DNA of 64,000 nucleotides. Origin: the human T2T-CHM13v2.0 reference genome, Homo sapiens. Numbering within the stretch: the stretch's first letter is position 1; every line of letters begins with the position of its first letter. The notes beneath the pieces are model-generated. The model was not told the origin of the DNA and did no database searches. It worked only from the letters and a program-made list of their open reading frames with translations. Below, in pieces: positions 1 through 13,690 of the stretch. The translations under genes were made by a program, and so were the position numbers. The stretch lies in NCBI RefSeq assembly GCF_009914755.1, contig NC_060935.1. The stretch is one strand, 5' to 3'.

Positions 1-1536
1 GCAAAATAACCGAAAATAGAAAAGTAAAACATGATTAAATGTATTCCAATATATTGCAGTCTGTCACATAGAGACTTTGATGGAATAATGTCTTATAACA
101 GGACATAGAACAATTCTTACAGACTGAAATTACTTAGAATTGTTCTTCCACAGTAATAGTCTATCTGCTTTCATATGTGACTTTAACAAGTTCAAGTAGA
201 AACTTCAACTTGTCATTTTTAGTTGTACATGGTGTCCAGACAAAACAGGAATTGCAGTTCAGCTTCTTTGAAATGTTTAATATATTTTTATTTGGCCTTC
301 TATAAAATTTTTAGTCTATTTAGAAAAACAACTCAGCCTTAGTTTTAAAAAGACTACTACATTTCTTTAAAAAAGGAAATAAGCTGAAACTGCTTAAATG
401 GTCATGTTAATTCTACTAACCTTTTCTAAAGCAATTCACAATAAGGCAGAAAATAATTAAGAATCCAAAAATCAGAACATAACATTAGGATATTAAGAAA
501 CTGCTTTCTTAATCTTAATTTACTATCTATAGTTCATTCTGAAATAATTCTAAAATACTTAACTTTAAACTATTAATATCTTGTCATTTTTAGGAATTAC
601 TCTCAGATCTTAAAACTTAGCTAAATTAAACTAGCCTTCAAAGTCAATTAGTTTTTTAAATCAAGTTCAGGCTCACAAAATTACCATGAAATCTAGTGTT
701 TTAGGGTTTTACTATCTGCTCCGTGCCCCACCTTATTCAACAAACATTTACAAACTACTTGTCGGAACAAAATATTTTAAAACCTGCCTTCACAGAGCTT
801 ACTTTCTAGGATATAGTTCCTTCAAAAAAATAATTTAAAATGTTCTTAAATTCAAATCATTAAAATAAAATGAAAAAAAGCTTTGTTTATATACTGTAAA
901 AACTCATTAGAATAATTAACTTATCTTGCTATGAGAGATAAGCCTATCACTTCAGAACTGCTTAAGGGCAGCAAACATTCTTATTGGTACAAGGGGAAAA
1001 TTCTTTGACTAGCAAAATCTTTCAGGTCTTAATTAAAAAAACATTTAAAACATTTATGTCTTGACCATAAAGCTGGTCGAGACAATTATGGTCACAACAT
1101 GTTCCCTGTGTGATAATACCATCTGAGTTTTATTAGAACTATATCATATACTTAACACAAAGATAAGTTATTCCCCAAAAGTTAAAAAAAAAAAATTCTA
1201 CACCAAAATCGAAATAACCACCATGCATTTTCTGGTTATGGAATAAAAATTCAACATTAAAAGAATAATCTCATAGTTAAAAACACACTTGGTCCTTCCT
1301 CTTACATTTAGTTTTATCTTTATTAAATGTCATTTCATAATTTAATTGAACATAAATTCCTAAATTATTTATAATAAATGAACATACCTTCAAGGGATAA
1401 AATTGCTTCATTGCCATTTTAATACTTATCAAGTTCTCATGTATCAAGTGTAATAAAAAACTACAAATAAGTAAACACCACAGAATGAGGAGGAGAGATG
1501 CATGTAACATCTAAAATAGAATTCATCAATGCTTAC

Positions 1537-1640
1537 CTCCCCATGTACTTGCTACCTGAGAAGCAGTTGACATAGGATGTACAGATGGGTGAAAAGTTGG
1601 CTGCTGCAAATCAAGCAGATCATTGGGCAGCTTTGATGTG
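1537..1640 (-). CDS. PICALM: PICALM exon 12 (104 nt): (S)TSKLPNDLLDLQQPTFHPSVHPMSTASQVASTWG; contains the DLL motif
   Basis: ctttctag|CACATCA...TGGGGAG|gtaagc. Confidence 0.97.
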
Positions 1641-2176
1641 CTAGAAAGATATTTTGGAAACGTGTTTTATTTACCAGAAAAACTTTGCTACTTTAGTGTC
1701 ACCTTCTCCACCCACCACAGATAAAAACATTAAAAACAAGGGAGAAAAGTCTCATTAATATAAATCTCAAAAGAGGAACAGTTTCTTCATATGACAGCAT
1801 ATTTCTAAGGAGGCTTGGAAAAATAATCTAATATCATATCTTAAGTTTATATAAGATTCAAAGAACAGTAGCTCTTCTGAAAAGGATGAATGTCTTCCCC
1901 TAGAAAAAACTAATTTCCCTATTAAAATGAACCTAAACAACAAGATTCTAAAATACAAAATATCACAGCAATTTTAATATTTTTAATAAAACTCTTTTCT
2001 TACTTTTAATATTCACAGAACTTGAATCACATTTGCAATACACTACACAGTAAAATACTCATTAACCTCACTTCTAGTGCCTCAGTGTCCAAACTATGTA
2101 TCAATGATACAGGGAAAAAATTTTACATGCATTTATGAATAGAGCCACCCCATCACACAACACACTATTTACATGA

Positions 2177-2791
<615 letters not shown>

Positions 2792-2799
2792 TTACATGA

Positions 2800-3121
<322 letters not shown>

Positions 3122-3220
3122 GACTTCTATGTGATTTTAATGAACAACTCAAAACATGACCCCAGAGTGTCTAAGAATTCAAACACAGTACAGATAATTT
3201 TTTTAAGAGAAGGGGTCTGG

Positions 3221-3566
<346 letters not shown>

Positions 3567-3679
3567 TCAGGCCTTCCTCCTGCCTCAACCTCCTGAGTAG
3601 CTGGGACAACAGGCACACGCCACCACACCCAGCTCCTAATTTTTAACTTATATATTCTCCAAAATAGAATGTTTTTCTT

Positions 3680-3912
3680 TTTAAATGGATATACAATAAT
3701 TGTACATATTTATGGGATACATATGATATTGTGATACATGCATACCATGTAATTATCAGGACATCTATCACACCTCAAACATTCATCATTTCTCTGTGTT
3801 GAGAACATTCTAAATCTTCTAGCTACTTTGATATAGATAATACAATTATTTTTAATTAGTAATTCTACTGTGCTATCAAACACTAGAACTTATTCCTTCT
3901 AACTGTATTTTT
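3680..3912 (-). mobile_element. L1M(A)-type 3' end fragment
   Basis: ataattgtacatatttatgggatacat...cactagaacttattccttctaactgtatt resembles the reverse complement of an L1MA 3'UTR. Confidence 0.7.
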
Positions 3913-4539
3913 ATAAAAAAGTTTTGAAGACATGTCTTTTAGATGTACAATAGTTGTGTAGATAGTAGATATAAACGCATTTAGTGCTTTGGGGAACATA
4001 TAGAATATACAATAATAATTCTGTAAATGGGCTGTAAGATTTGCCCTTAATTACTATTAAAAAGGTGAAAATTTTTAGTATGTGACATAAAACATAGTGA
4101 AATTAGTTCTTTATCCAATAATTTGTTTCAGCCTCGAACAATGAACATTCTTTTCACTTCTTTCTCCTAGGACAGACTTCTTTTCAAGATCTCCATGTTG
4201 AGAACTTGCCCCTTAATGGGGTCAATGTTACTTAACTGGGGATTAAAGAAGGTAGCATACATGAGCAAACAAATCATAAAGCTGAAAGAAAAAAAAGAAC
4301 TAAATTCAACAAACACCTACTAAGATTTCAGGGAGCAGGTAGCAACTGAGCATGCATACAGCAAGCAGTTCACGTAGTAAAACTTACACTGAGCTATTAG
4401 GCTCAGCTATTAGGAGTCAGTAGGCAGGCAGATGAGCTTTTAAGGGTGAGTTAATAAACAGCAACAACAAAGTGAAAGGAAAAAACTCACCACTCTCTAT
4501 GGAACATTTAACATGTGCTAATAATGCACTGTGCTAAAA

Positions 4540-4684
4540 CCTAGTCACCTGGGAGCATCTTAAAAACAAAAATTCTTGGGCCCCAGGCCCCACCTACTGA
4601 ATCAAAACTCTAGGATTGGGACTCAGATATCTGTAGTTTAATAAACTCTCCAAATGCTTCTGATGTTAAAGTTGAGAACCACAG
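4540..4684. mobile_element. MER5A-like hAT MITE
   Basis: tcacctgggagc...gggccccag...cctactgaatcaaaactct...gttgagaaccac. Confidence 0.65.
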
Positions 4685-5353
4685 TCTCATCTGAAAACAA
4701 GGTTTCTCAAAAAAAGTTAAGAACTAACAGAGCCAGGATTCAAACCAGAATCTGACTTTTAAAACTACTTTAAGCCACTCTGAGGTTCAGAAAATGCCAA
4801 TTGTTTTACTTTACCTGGCAATATTATATTTCCATGTTAAGTAGCTTAAATTAGACAACAAGATTATTAAAGTTAGTCTGGTAGGCTTCAATACCAAGAA
4901 ACCTGGCAACTAAACTCTGTCACTGTGTTCCAGATTACAGAGTTTAAAACCAGGAAACAGATATGACAGACGTTTAATATCTAATGAAATGGTATTTTGA
5001 AATATATATCATATCCATATGTCAAAGAGCTATAAAGGGTCTTGAACCATTAGATGCCTCATAAATGTGTTTAATCATAATTTTTACACAATGAAAAGTT
5101 GGCCCAGAGATAACAGCTATATTCCTATTAGTATAAATCAGTGATTTAACTATCTTCCATTTCGTAAATACGTAAAATATAAACTCATCACTTTATCTTT
5201 AGGTATTATACCAATATCACCATTTATCGCCACCTCTTTGTGTGAATAGATTATAAAAGCATAAATAAAAGTAAACCTGAAAAGTTCTGCAAAATTTCTA
5301 TTAGAAGTCTTTGAACCTACATATTCAAAGGTAACCTTAACTTCTACTCCTAC

Positions 5354-5490
5354 CTGTTAGAAGAACTAGGGGTAGAAAATATGTCAATGGCTGGTGCAGT
5401 CATTATCCCTCCTGCTGAGGTGGATACAGGAGAGGCTGCAGTTGTTAAAGAGGTATGAGGTTTCTTTGCAAGTTCTTTTAGGCGCTGTTC
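5354..5490 (-). CDS. PICALM: PICALM exon 11 (137 nt): EQRLKELAKKPHTSLTTAASPVSTSAGGIMTAPAIDIFSTPSSSN(S); contains the DIF motif
   Basis: cttaacag|GAACAG...TCTAACAG|gtagga. Confidence 0.97.
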
Positions 5491-5745
5491 CTGTTAAGAA
5501 AGGGAACTACCATAAGGATTCCAGAAACCAGATTTCTTTGTACAGCCTCTGAAAAAAGCATTTTCTAATTTGTTCTGATAGCAGATATTCTGTTTTACCT
5601 AATTCTATGTCAGGACGAAAAGTTAGACTGAGTTTCAGCCCATTAGGTAGCTATACATTTAAGACTCTAAGTCTGTGCAGAGGCCCCATTTACCTAATGA
5701 ACACCTGTACTCATTTTTCGAAATAAGGAGAATGCACAAACTTAC

Positions 5746-5869
5746 CTTTAAAGCTTTCAAACGTGCCTGTTCTTCCTCTAATGCTGCCTGCTTTTCCCTT
5801 TCATCCACTTTGGTCAGAGATAGACCAGTGCTTGCCAGGGAAGACACTGCATTGGAAAGTGTAGTTGCC
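5746..5869 (-). CDS. PICALM: PICALM exon 10 (124 nt): (R)ATTLSNAVSSLASTGLSLTKVDEREKQAALEEEQARLKALK
   Basis: atcctag|GGCAACT...TTAAAG|gtaagt; peptide partly visible in ORF 5659..5847. Confidence 0.97.
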
Positions 5870-7441
5870 CTAGGATAATTGAACAGAGATAATTTGGCTT
5901 TTTGCTAAACACTTCACATTACACCCAGGTCATGAAATGGTCTGGCAACCTTGCCATGGATAGGCACTATAATTATAAACTTAACTTCTGGATTCAAATC
6001 CAGTACTTCAGATGAAATATTCTACCTAGTGATCTACAGGATTAAAGCAATTAGAAAAATCTTGACTTAATATACACTCACTGCTTTCAGAGTAAGTGTT
6101 TGACTTTGGAAAGGGTTCACAACAGAGTGGGGCACATTGCCTCTTCCAAGCCCCAAGAGAGGAAACCAGTGCAATTGGGAAAGAGCCCACATAATCCCAC
6201 AAAATCCCTGATGGGAAAAAGTGTTGAGTTTATCACAGGGAAAACCCTCTGCTAATTTACAGCCTACGTTTCGGCAGTGCCACAGGAACACCAAAACATG
6301 CATACCAGTAACACGTAACGTAAGTCTAGGTATGTTTCACCTATAACAACATCCCCAGAGGACTTCAGGTTCCTTCAAAAGAAGACTGGTTTCAATCTAG
6401 TCATCAGGCCATTTGGCATCTTTCTATGTGCTGCCCTTTTGCCAAACCAGAATTTCCTTTTTAATATACATGTACAATGTATCATTTTTCACTGGCAAGG
6501 CACCTCCTTTCCCTTTTATCAAAAACGTATCCACACTATAAACCTCAACATTAACTTTCCAAATGTTAACTCTAGGCTAAGTAAAACAAGTGGTAAAGAA
6601 TTCTAACCTGAAGAACTACCTTGAGCTTTATTAATTTTCCTTTTACCACACACCAAACATCATTAGTTTCTACTCTTAAGCACGTAAAGTGGTAAAAACT
6701 ACCTTTTAAATTTTATGTAATATTAGTATTATAAATAAGCCAATAAAAAGGTACAATTCAGAAGACAAAGGAAGAATAACATAGTTGTGACAGAAATGCA
6801 AGAAAACCAATAAATTTTATGATAAACATTTCAGGTAAATTGGTGCACCTGAACTACGTGGCTCTTTTTTTCGTTATTCTCTCAAATAAATGAGACTTAT
6901 TGTTTTGACTGCTACTTCGAAAATCTTACTAGAAAATTCAAAGTACAAATCTAGGATTAAAAATGAGTACTAAAATCCAATAACGGCATTTCCCTTTGGA
7001 AATTATTTAAATTTTATTACTAAAAGAAAGATCAAAAGTTCTGAAACAACCAGAAAGTCTAAAAAGAACCAAAGGAAGGTTCTCACTATACAAATTCTTT
7101 CTTCATGCTGTTTTAAAAAAAGGTTCATAAGAAAACATGAGAATAACTCAAGTAATTTCTTAACCCAATACAAAAATCATGTTACCAGACTGATATGAAA
7201 TGATTTCTGTTACTTTCAATTTGCTAGGTTAACTGGTCTTAGTCTGAGGAATTAGCTTAAAACATAATAAAGTGATTAAAATATAAAATATCAATAATCA
7301 ACCCCATGAACTGGCATTAGGCAGAGATGATGCAATTTGATGTCAGATATTCTAGGTTTGAGTCCCAGCATTGCTACTACATACTTCACAGGGCTATTGT
7401 GAGGATTGAGCAAATTAATACGAAAGTATCTTGCAATTATA

Positions 7442-7740
7442 GGCCTGGCACGGTGGTTCATGCCTGTAATCCCAGCACTTTGGGAGGCTGAGGTGTGCAG
7501 ATCACTTGAGTTCAGGGGTTCGAGACCAGCCTGCTCAACATGGTGAAACCCTGTCTCTACTAAAAATACAAAAATTAGCCGGCCGTGGTGGCATGCATCT
7601 GTAGTCCCACCCTTGGGAGGCTGAGGTGGGAGAATCGCTTGAACCCAGGAGGTGGAAGTTGCAAGTGAGTTGAGATTGTGCCACTGCACTCCAGCCTGGG
7701 CAATAGAGTGAGACTCTGCCTCGGGGGAAGAAAAAAAAAA
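7442..7740 (+). mobile_element. Alu (S-like) inserted into a MIR-like remnant
   Basis: Full dimer with A tail. Confidence 0.92.
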
Positions 7741-7849
7741 TGTATCTTATAACTACAAAGCACCACATAAAACAATGCATTAGCATCTTTAGGAGAAATT
7801 TTGACATCATAAACACAATTCTAAACTATGCAGTCACTGTCATTATCTT

Positions 7850-8030
7850 AACAGATGCTGACATTTATTGAAGGTCAGAAACAATTTCAAGAATTTGCAT
7901 GTATTAATCCATTTAATCCTAATACTAATTCTATGAGGCTGATATTATGATTAAACCCATTTTATAGAAAATGAAATCAAGATATAGAGAAATTAAACAG
8001 CTTGGAACTTGAGCTGGTTTCATCTACTGC
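7850..8030 (-). mobile_element. MIR fragment
   Basis: catttaatcct...cccattttatagaaaatgaaa MIR core. Confidence 0.55.
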
Positions 8031-8076
8031 CTCAGAAAAATCACTCTGGCTTTTTGGCCTACAAAGAATGATATAC

Positions 8077-8162
8077 CTGCTTGCAGCTGTAGAATCTTTG
8101 ATTTTCTTTCCTTCCAAGGAAGCTAAATGTTGTTCCAAAGCATCAAGAAGACTGCTAGGGGC
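8077..8162 (-). CDS. PICALM: PICALM exon 9 (86 nt): APSSLLDALEQHLASLEGKKIKDSTAAS(R)
   Basis: attgcag|GCCCCT...GCAAGCAG|gtatat; peptide visible in ORF 7977..8213. Confidence 0.97.
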
Positions 8163-8569
8163 CTGCAATTGTACAAATATTAAGAATTTCATGATAATTA
8201 GGCCACTGGTCAAATTAAATCAAGTATCATCTAATTAGAGAGCAACAAAAATAAACAGGTATGTTCTTCATGTACTAATTAACAGTGGAGTTTTAGCTAC
8301 TTAATAAGAATGACAATCTTACTTTTGTTATACAAACGTGACCTAGTTGGAGATATTAAGAAACATTATCAAAAACGTTAAGAACTGAAAACTATGTAAA
8401 CATGAAACATTTTTTAAAAATCTTGCAAGTACTTAAATTTTAAAGTAAAACCATACTCCTAAAAGCTCGACATACTACTGAGCATGCAGAAGGTACTTAA
8501 TAAGCACCTGATGAGCAACTGAATGTGTTCAAACATGACTCTGGAATAATTACTGATAAATGACACTGA

Positions 8570-9215
8570 ACACTGTCATCAGGGAAATGAAAATGAAAAT
8601 CACAATGAGATACACCTTTTCACTTACTACAATGACTAAAGTTAAATACATCTGCAGTATCAAATGTTGGTGAGCATATGGAACAACTGGAACTCTCATA
8701 TATCACTAGTAGGAGTTTATCACCTTGAAAATGGATTAGGTTGTTCTTTACAAAGTTAAATACACACCTACCTTAATGACCCAATTCCATTCCTATTTAC
8801 CCCAAAGAGATAAAAACTTATCTCTGTAAGAAAAGACTTAATGTTTAATGTGGCTTTATTTACAATAGTCAAAAACTGCAAATAATCCAAAACTCCATCA
8901 TTTGGAAAATGGATAGACAAAATTGTGGTAAATATTATTCAGCAATAAAGAAGAATTAATTAATGGTATATTCAACAACATAGATCTCAAACAATACGAT
9001 GAGCAAAAAAAGCCAGAATGCAAAAGTAAATACTTGTATGATTACGCTTATATTAAGAACCAACAAAATTATGCTATTAGAAATCAAAACAGTGACTGTG
9101 GAGGTGGGTAAGAAGTGACTGGAAGGGGGCATAAGGATTGGGGAAATAGAATTTTCCTATCTTGAATGATGTGTTGGTTACATAAATGTTTATTTATCAA
9201 ACTGCATTGAAATGA
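8570..9215 (+). mobile_element. Old L1M 3' fragment
   Basis: catcagggaaatgaaaatgaaaatcacaatgagatac...atggaacaactggaactctcata. Confidence 0.75.
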
Positions 9216-9699
9216 ATACTTACGTTTTTTTTTTTAATGGAAGACTAATTTTAAACTCAGGCTATAGGTCAAATCTCAACTTAATATGAAGAAAGCTCTC
9301 AAAAGGAAACCTTTTCAGTGTGCAGACTAAGAACTGTCCGCTCTAAGTGAAGCAAATGCACCAGTAGCATTTACTTACCCTAAATATTCTATAGGATTTG
9401 AGATACAGTTTCTGGATACAGGATCTAAAAATAGTTAAAGGGGCAATACCTGCTAATTTCTCTATCATTGATGGCTTTAACAACTTCTTTCATCCACTAT
9501 TCCCTCTATATACCAGGACCTTAGCCCAAGGGAGACACAGTAGAAAACCATTTAAAACCAAATACTACATTGGAAGATGAACTTCTTTGTTGAACTGAGA
9601 GTATACATACACTTTCAAACAGCCCCAGCAAAAATGTTTGCTAATCAGCAAGCAAAGCACTGTCTTAAGAGCTTTCAGAGATGATAAGGAGGATGTTGA

Positions 9700-9930
9700 C
9701 GATAGTGGTTAACATTTAAAAAGCTCTTCTCACACAACAGGTACTGTGCTAGCTACCTTGTAGTAGTCACTGAATCTATGAAGTAGACACTACTGGTATA
9801 TCCATATTACAGATAAACAACCTGAGACAGTGAAGATTAAGTAATCTGTCCAAGATCACATATCTGATACACAACAGAAGCCAAGATAGGGAAGGTATCT
9901 CTGACTTTAAAGACTACATAATTAACTACT
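9700..9930 (-). mobile_element. MIR fragment
   Basis: ccatattacagataaacaacctgagacag...aagtaatctgtccaagatcaca. Confidence 0.6.
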
Positions 9931-10128
9931 ATGGTACCAAATCCTGGACTGAAACTGTGGTCATAGAAACTGTAGTTTATCTTTTTTCTGAAGGGTTTAA
10001 GCTGTGGCTTACAAATAAAAATATTAAACTACCAAGTTATGATTAGTAAGACAAACCATTTCTAAAATCCCTTCTAAATATATCTGGCTATTTTTCAAAA
10101 GTCAAATCCACACGACAAAGAGTGAGGA

Positions 10129-10412
10129 GGCTGGGCACAGTGACTCACACCTGTAATCCCAAAACTTTCGGAAGTAGATAGAGGTGAGATGACTGCTTGA
10201 GCCCAGTTGTTTGAGACCAGCCTGCGGAATATAGGGAGACCCTGTCTCCACAAAAAAATAAAAAAATTAGTTGGGTGTGGTGGCATATGCCTGTGGTCCC
10301 AGCTACAAAGGAGGCTGAGGTGGGAGGATTACTTGAGCCTGGGAGGGTGAGGATGCAGTGACCCATGATTTTGTCAATGCGCCCCAGCCTGGGTGACAAA
10401 GCAAAAGCCTAT
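10129..10412 (+). mobile_element. Alu (J-like)
   Basis: Diverged Alu dimer. Confidence 0.88.
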
Positions 10413-11077
10413 CTTTTCTCTCCCTCCCCCAACAAAACCCAAAGAGTGAAGAAAATGTGATGCTTTACACCTTAAAAGAAATTACCAAAAAAAAAAAAAA
10501 GAGTAAATAATCTCAAATTTTCACTCTTCTGCATTACCACCATCGTCCCTAAAGTGTAAATAGCTTTGTTTTGTTCACTTTTGAAAATTTTCTGAATCAG
10601 CCAAAGAATGCCTGGCAAGTTACCTTTGCTCAGAGATCATCAATACAGAGGAAAAGAGGAACGGAGGTTAAAGAACCCTACTCTAATTACAATAGGGTGA
10701 ATATTAACATACACAGATACATGATGACGGCCTGTAACTTCTACATCTAGCCTGAGGACAATGATTTTTAAATAAAACATAAGGGAAGCATAACAAATGG
10801 GGTGGGTAACAGGTGAATCTAAAGTTGCCAAATCATTTTATAATATACGTTATTCAAGCAATGACTTGTCTCATGTTCAACCCAGAATCATGTGCTTGCT
10901 CTTAATAAAGCCAATTTATTTCAAGTGGACATATACAGGATTCTTTACTTACATATAACCCATGACTAGATTTATTGCATACTCTTAGCCTTGACATTAG
11001 AGGGAAGAATCAGAACAAGTGAGTACAGAGAAACTCAATAATAACTGTTAACAAGGCGTTTAAAAGATGTACTGGAA

Positions 11078-11381
<304 letters not shown>

Positions 11382-11589
11382 TGTCCTGGAATAATTCAAA
11401 ACAAGGTAAAACAGATGTCAACAAATGAGAGAGTTGATGGAAATGTTACAAGGATAGCTTATGCCAGGTACTTTCATTCTTAATACTCCGTAAAGAAAAC
11501 AGAGAATCAGCCAGAACAACCAGCAGGTATGAAGTTTTTTCCTAGAAAATTTTTTGATGATGATGATGATAAAGACAATATTAAAATAG

Positions 11590-11810
11590 CCAACATTAGT
11601 TGAGTGTGTTTAATGCTCTAATTTTTTTTTTTGGCATTAACTTATTTAATCCTGTGAACTACTTACTGTCTGAGGTAGGTACTGTTGTATCTTCATTTTA
11701 CAGATGATGAAACTGAAGAATAGAAAGTAACTTCCCCAAAGTCACAGGGCCAGCTAATGGCACAGCCGGGACTGAAATTTCGACGTATCCCAAACCCTAC
11801 TCTCTTAATC
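11590..11810 (-). mobile_element. MIR fragment
   Basis: cattttacagatgatgaaactgaag...aagtaacttccccaaagtcacag. Confidence 0.65.
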
Positions 11811-12252
11811 TTATGTTTTGTGGTTTATCCCTAAATTAATACTCCCACCTGAGTCAAACAGTCAAAGTGGAAGTTTAAAACAGGAAAAATAAATACTGTA
11901 TAATTCTCTACCAGCATTATAGTGAAAATTGTTTTTCTAAATATCATTTTCTAAATTCAGGTTCCAAAAAGTTTTTTTTTCCTTTTTTAAACAATGATGA
12001 TGGGAAAGAAAGAGTGATTGAAGAGATTAAATAAATGGTATGACAGTGGGTAGGCAACAAATATAAGTGGTAAGCAGATCATTTTACGTGGTCATAGTGT
12101 TAGAACAATCTTCAGGAATACATCAAAATGTTAAAACTGGTCAAAAACTGCATTGATCCCTTTGACAATGGGGGCTATATGTTACTTATCTTAATACTCT
12201 TCACAACTTGTACACAACAGATAGTGGATTGGTATTTTAACAATAAACTTAC

Positions 12253-12294
12253 CTGTGAAAGGTCTGGTATATCACCTCTGTCAATTCCAACTTG
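12253..12294 (-). CDS. PICALM: PICALM exon 8 (42 nt): QVGIDRGDIPDLSQ
   Basis: ttcttacag|CAAGTT...TCACAG|gtaagt; peptide visible in ORF 12175..12369. Confidence 0.97.
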
Positions 12295-13050
12295 CTGTAA
12301 GAAAAGCATTGTATTTAATAAATTATAATAAAAATATTTTATAAATAAAATTTGGAAAAATGACATCACGGCTAGTACCAGTAATATTTTAAACAGACTT
12401 CTTAAGAATCAGGAAAATATTTAATCTCCAAAAATACTCAACATTTCCAATGGCTTAGATATTATTTGGTGGCCCTAAAAGTTGTTAACAGTAGGGAAAC
12501 TAGAGTTGGAAAGTCAACAAATCTAAGTTACCATCCCTGTCTTCTGAACACCTGTATGTAAGCTACCTTGTCACAATCTGAAAACTCCCCTCTCTTCTAT
12601 GTGTAATATGATAAAAACACTATGGTAAGAATGAGAAAGCCTGACCATGAACAAGCTCTTTGATGCAAAAAAAAAAAAAAATTTAAGAAACAAACCTGAA
12701 GACATCGACTTTGTCTTTCTCCATAAAACATGCTTTCCCTGGAAATCACCACAGATAACACTTTAAAAACTCATGCTCTGTCAGGTAGGCCAGGTTTACA
12801 TAAATGTCAAGTGATATCTAATCAGGATATAACTGTCTTCTCAAACCAATTCCAATATACCTTCATGATGCTCAGGCCCTAGGCAATTTCCAGCAAAAAA
12901 AGATAGAAACGGTTCCTGTGTATTCTAGCACCCCAATTAGAAAACTATTTTCTGTCCCGTGGCTGTGTTTCATTTTCTAATCAGTCTCCCTTCCTTTTGT
13001 GACCTCTCAGGGGCTGGTCTCAGAATGATGTCAGCAGAAAATCTGATAAA

Positions 13051-13374
<324 letters not shown>

Positions 13375-13519
13375 TTACTAATCACTGCCTGATATATTTG
13401 TCCTCCTCAAACATGTTTCAAGAGGTTACTCTTGCCTTCTTCCAGGAACTAAGGCGTTCTAATTAAACTGCAAGCCCAAACACAGTCTCAAAACAGAATA
13501 TTTTAAGGTAAGGGACTCT

Positions 13520-13690
13520 GGCCGGGCGCGGTGGCTCACGCCTGTAATCCCAGCTCTCAGGGAGGCTAAGAGGCGGGAGGATAGCTTGAGCCCAGGAGTT
13601 TGAGACCTGCCTGGGCAATATAGTGAGACCCCGTTCTCCAGAAAAAGGAAAAAAAAAAAAGACAAAAAAAAAAAAAAAGAAAAAAAGCGT
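13520..13690 (+). pseudogene. BC200 (BCYRN1) RNA retropseudogene, 3'-truncated
   Basis: Monomeric Alu domain with BC200-diagnostic text (CCCAGCTCTCAGGGAGGCTAAGAGGCGGGAGGATAGC, GAGACCTGCCTGGGCAATATAG, CCCCGTTCTCCAGAAAAAGG), A-rich domain ending AAGCGT; 15-bp TSD aaggtaagggactct at 13505-13519 and 13691-13705. Confidence 0.92.

Noticed and set aside
1550-1558. Internal donor-like CAG|GTAGCA in exon 12
   Set aside because: Weaker than the real gtaagc donor and would remove 19 nt (frameshift); no other support
6067-6303. 78-aa minus-strand ORF spanning the candidate intron 9 exon
   Set aside because: Its frame is phase 0 at the acceptor while intron 9 is phase 2, so it does not join the PICALM frame; no recognisable homology
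10721-10755. Box C (ATGATGA) and box D (CTGA) pair
   Set aside because: Only 35 nt long, no terminal stem, and on the strand opposite to the host transcript; not a snoRNA
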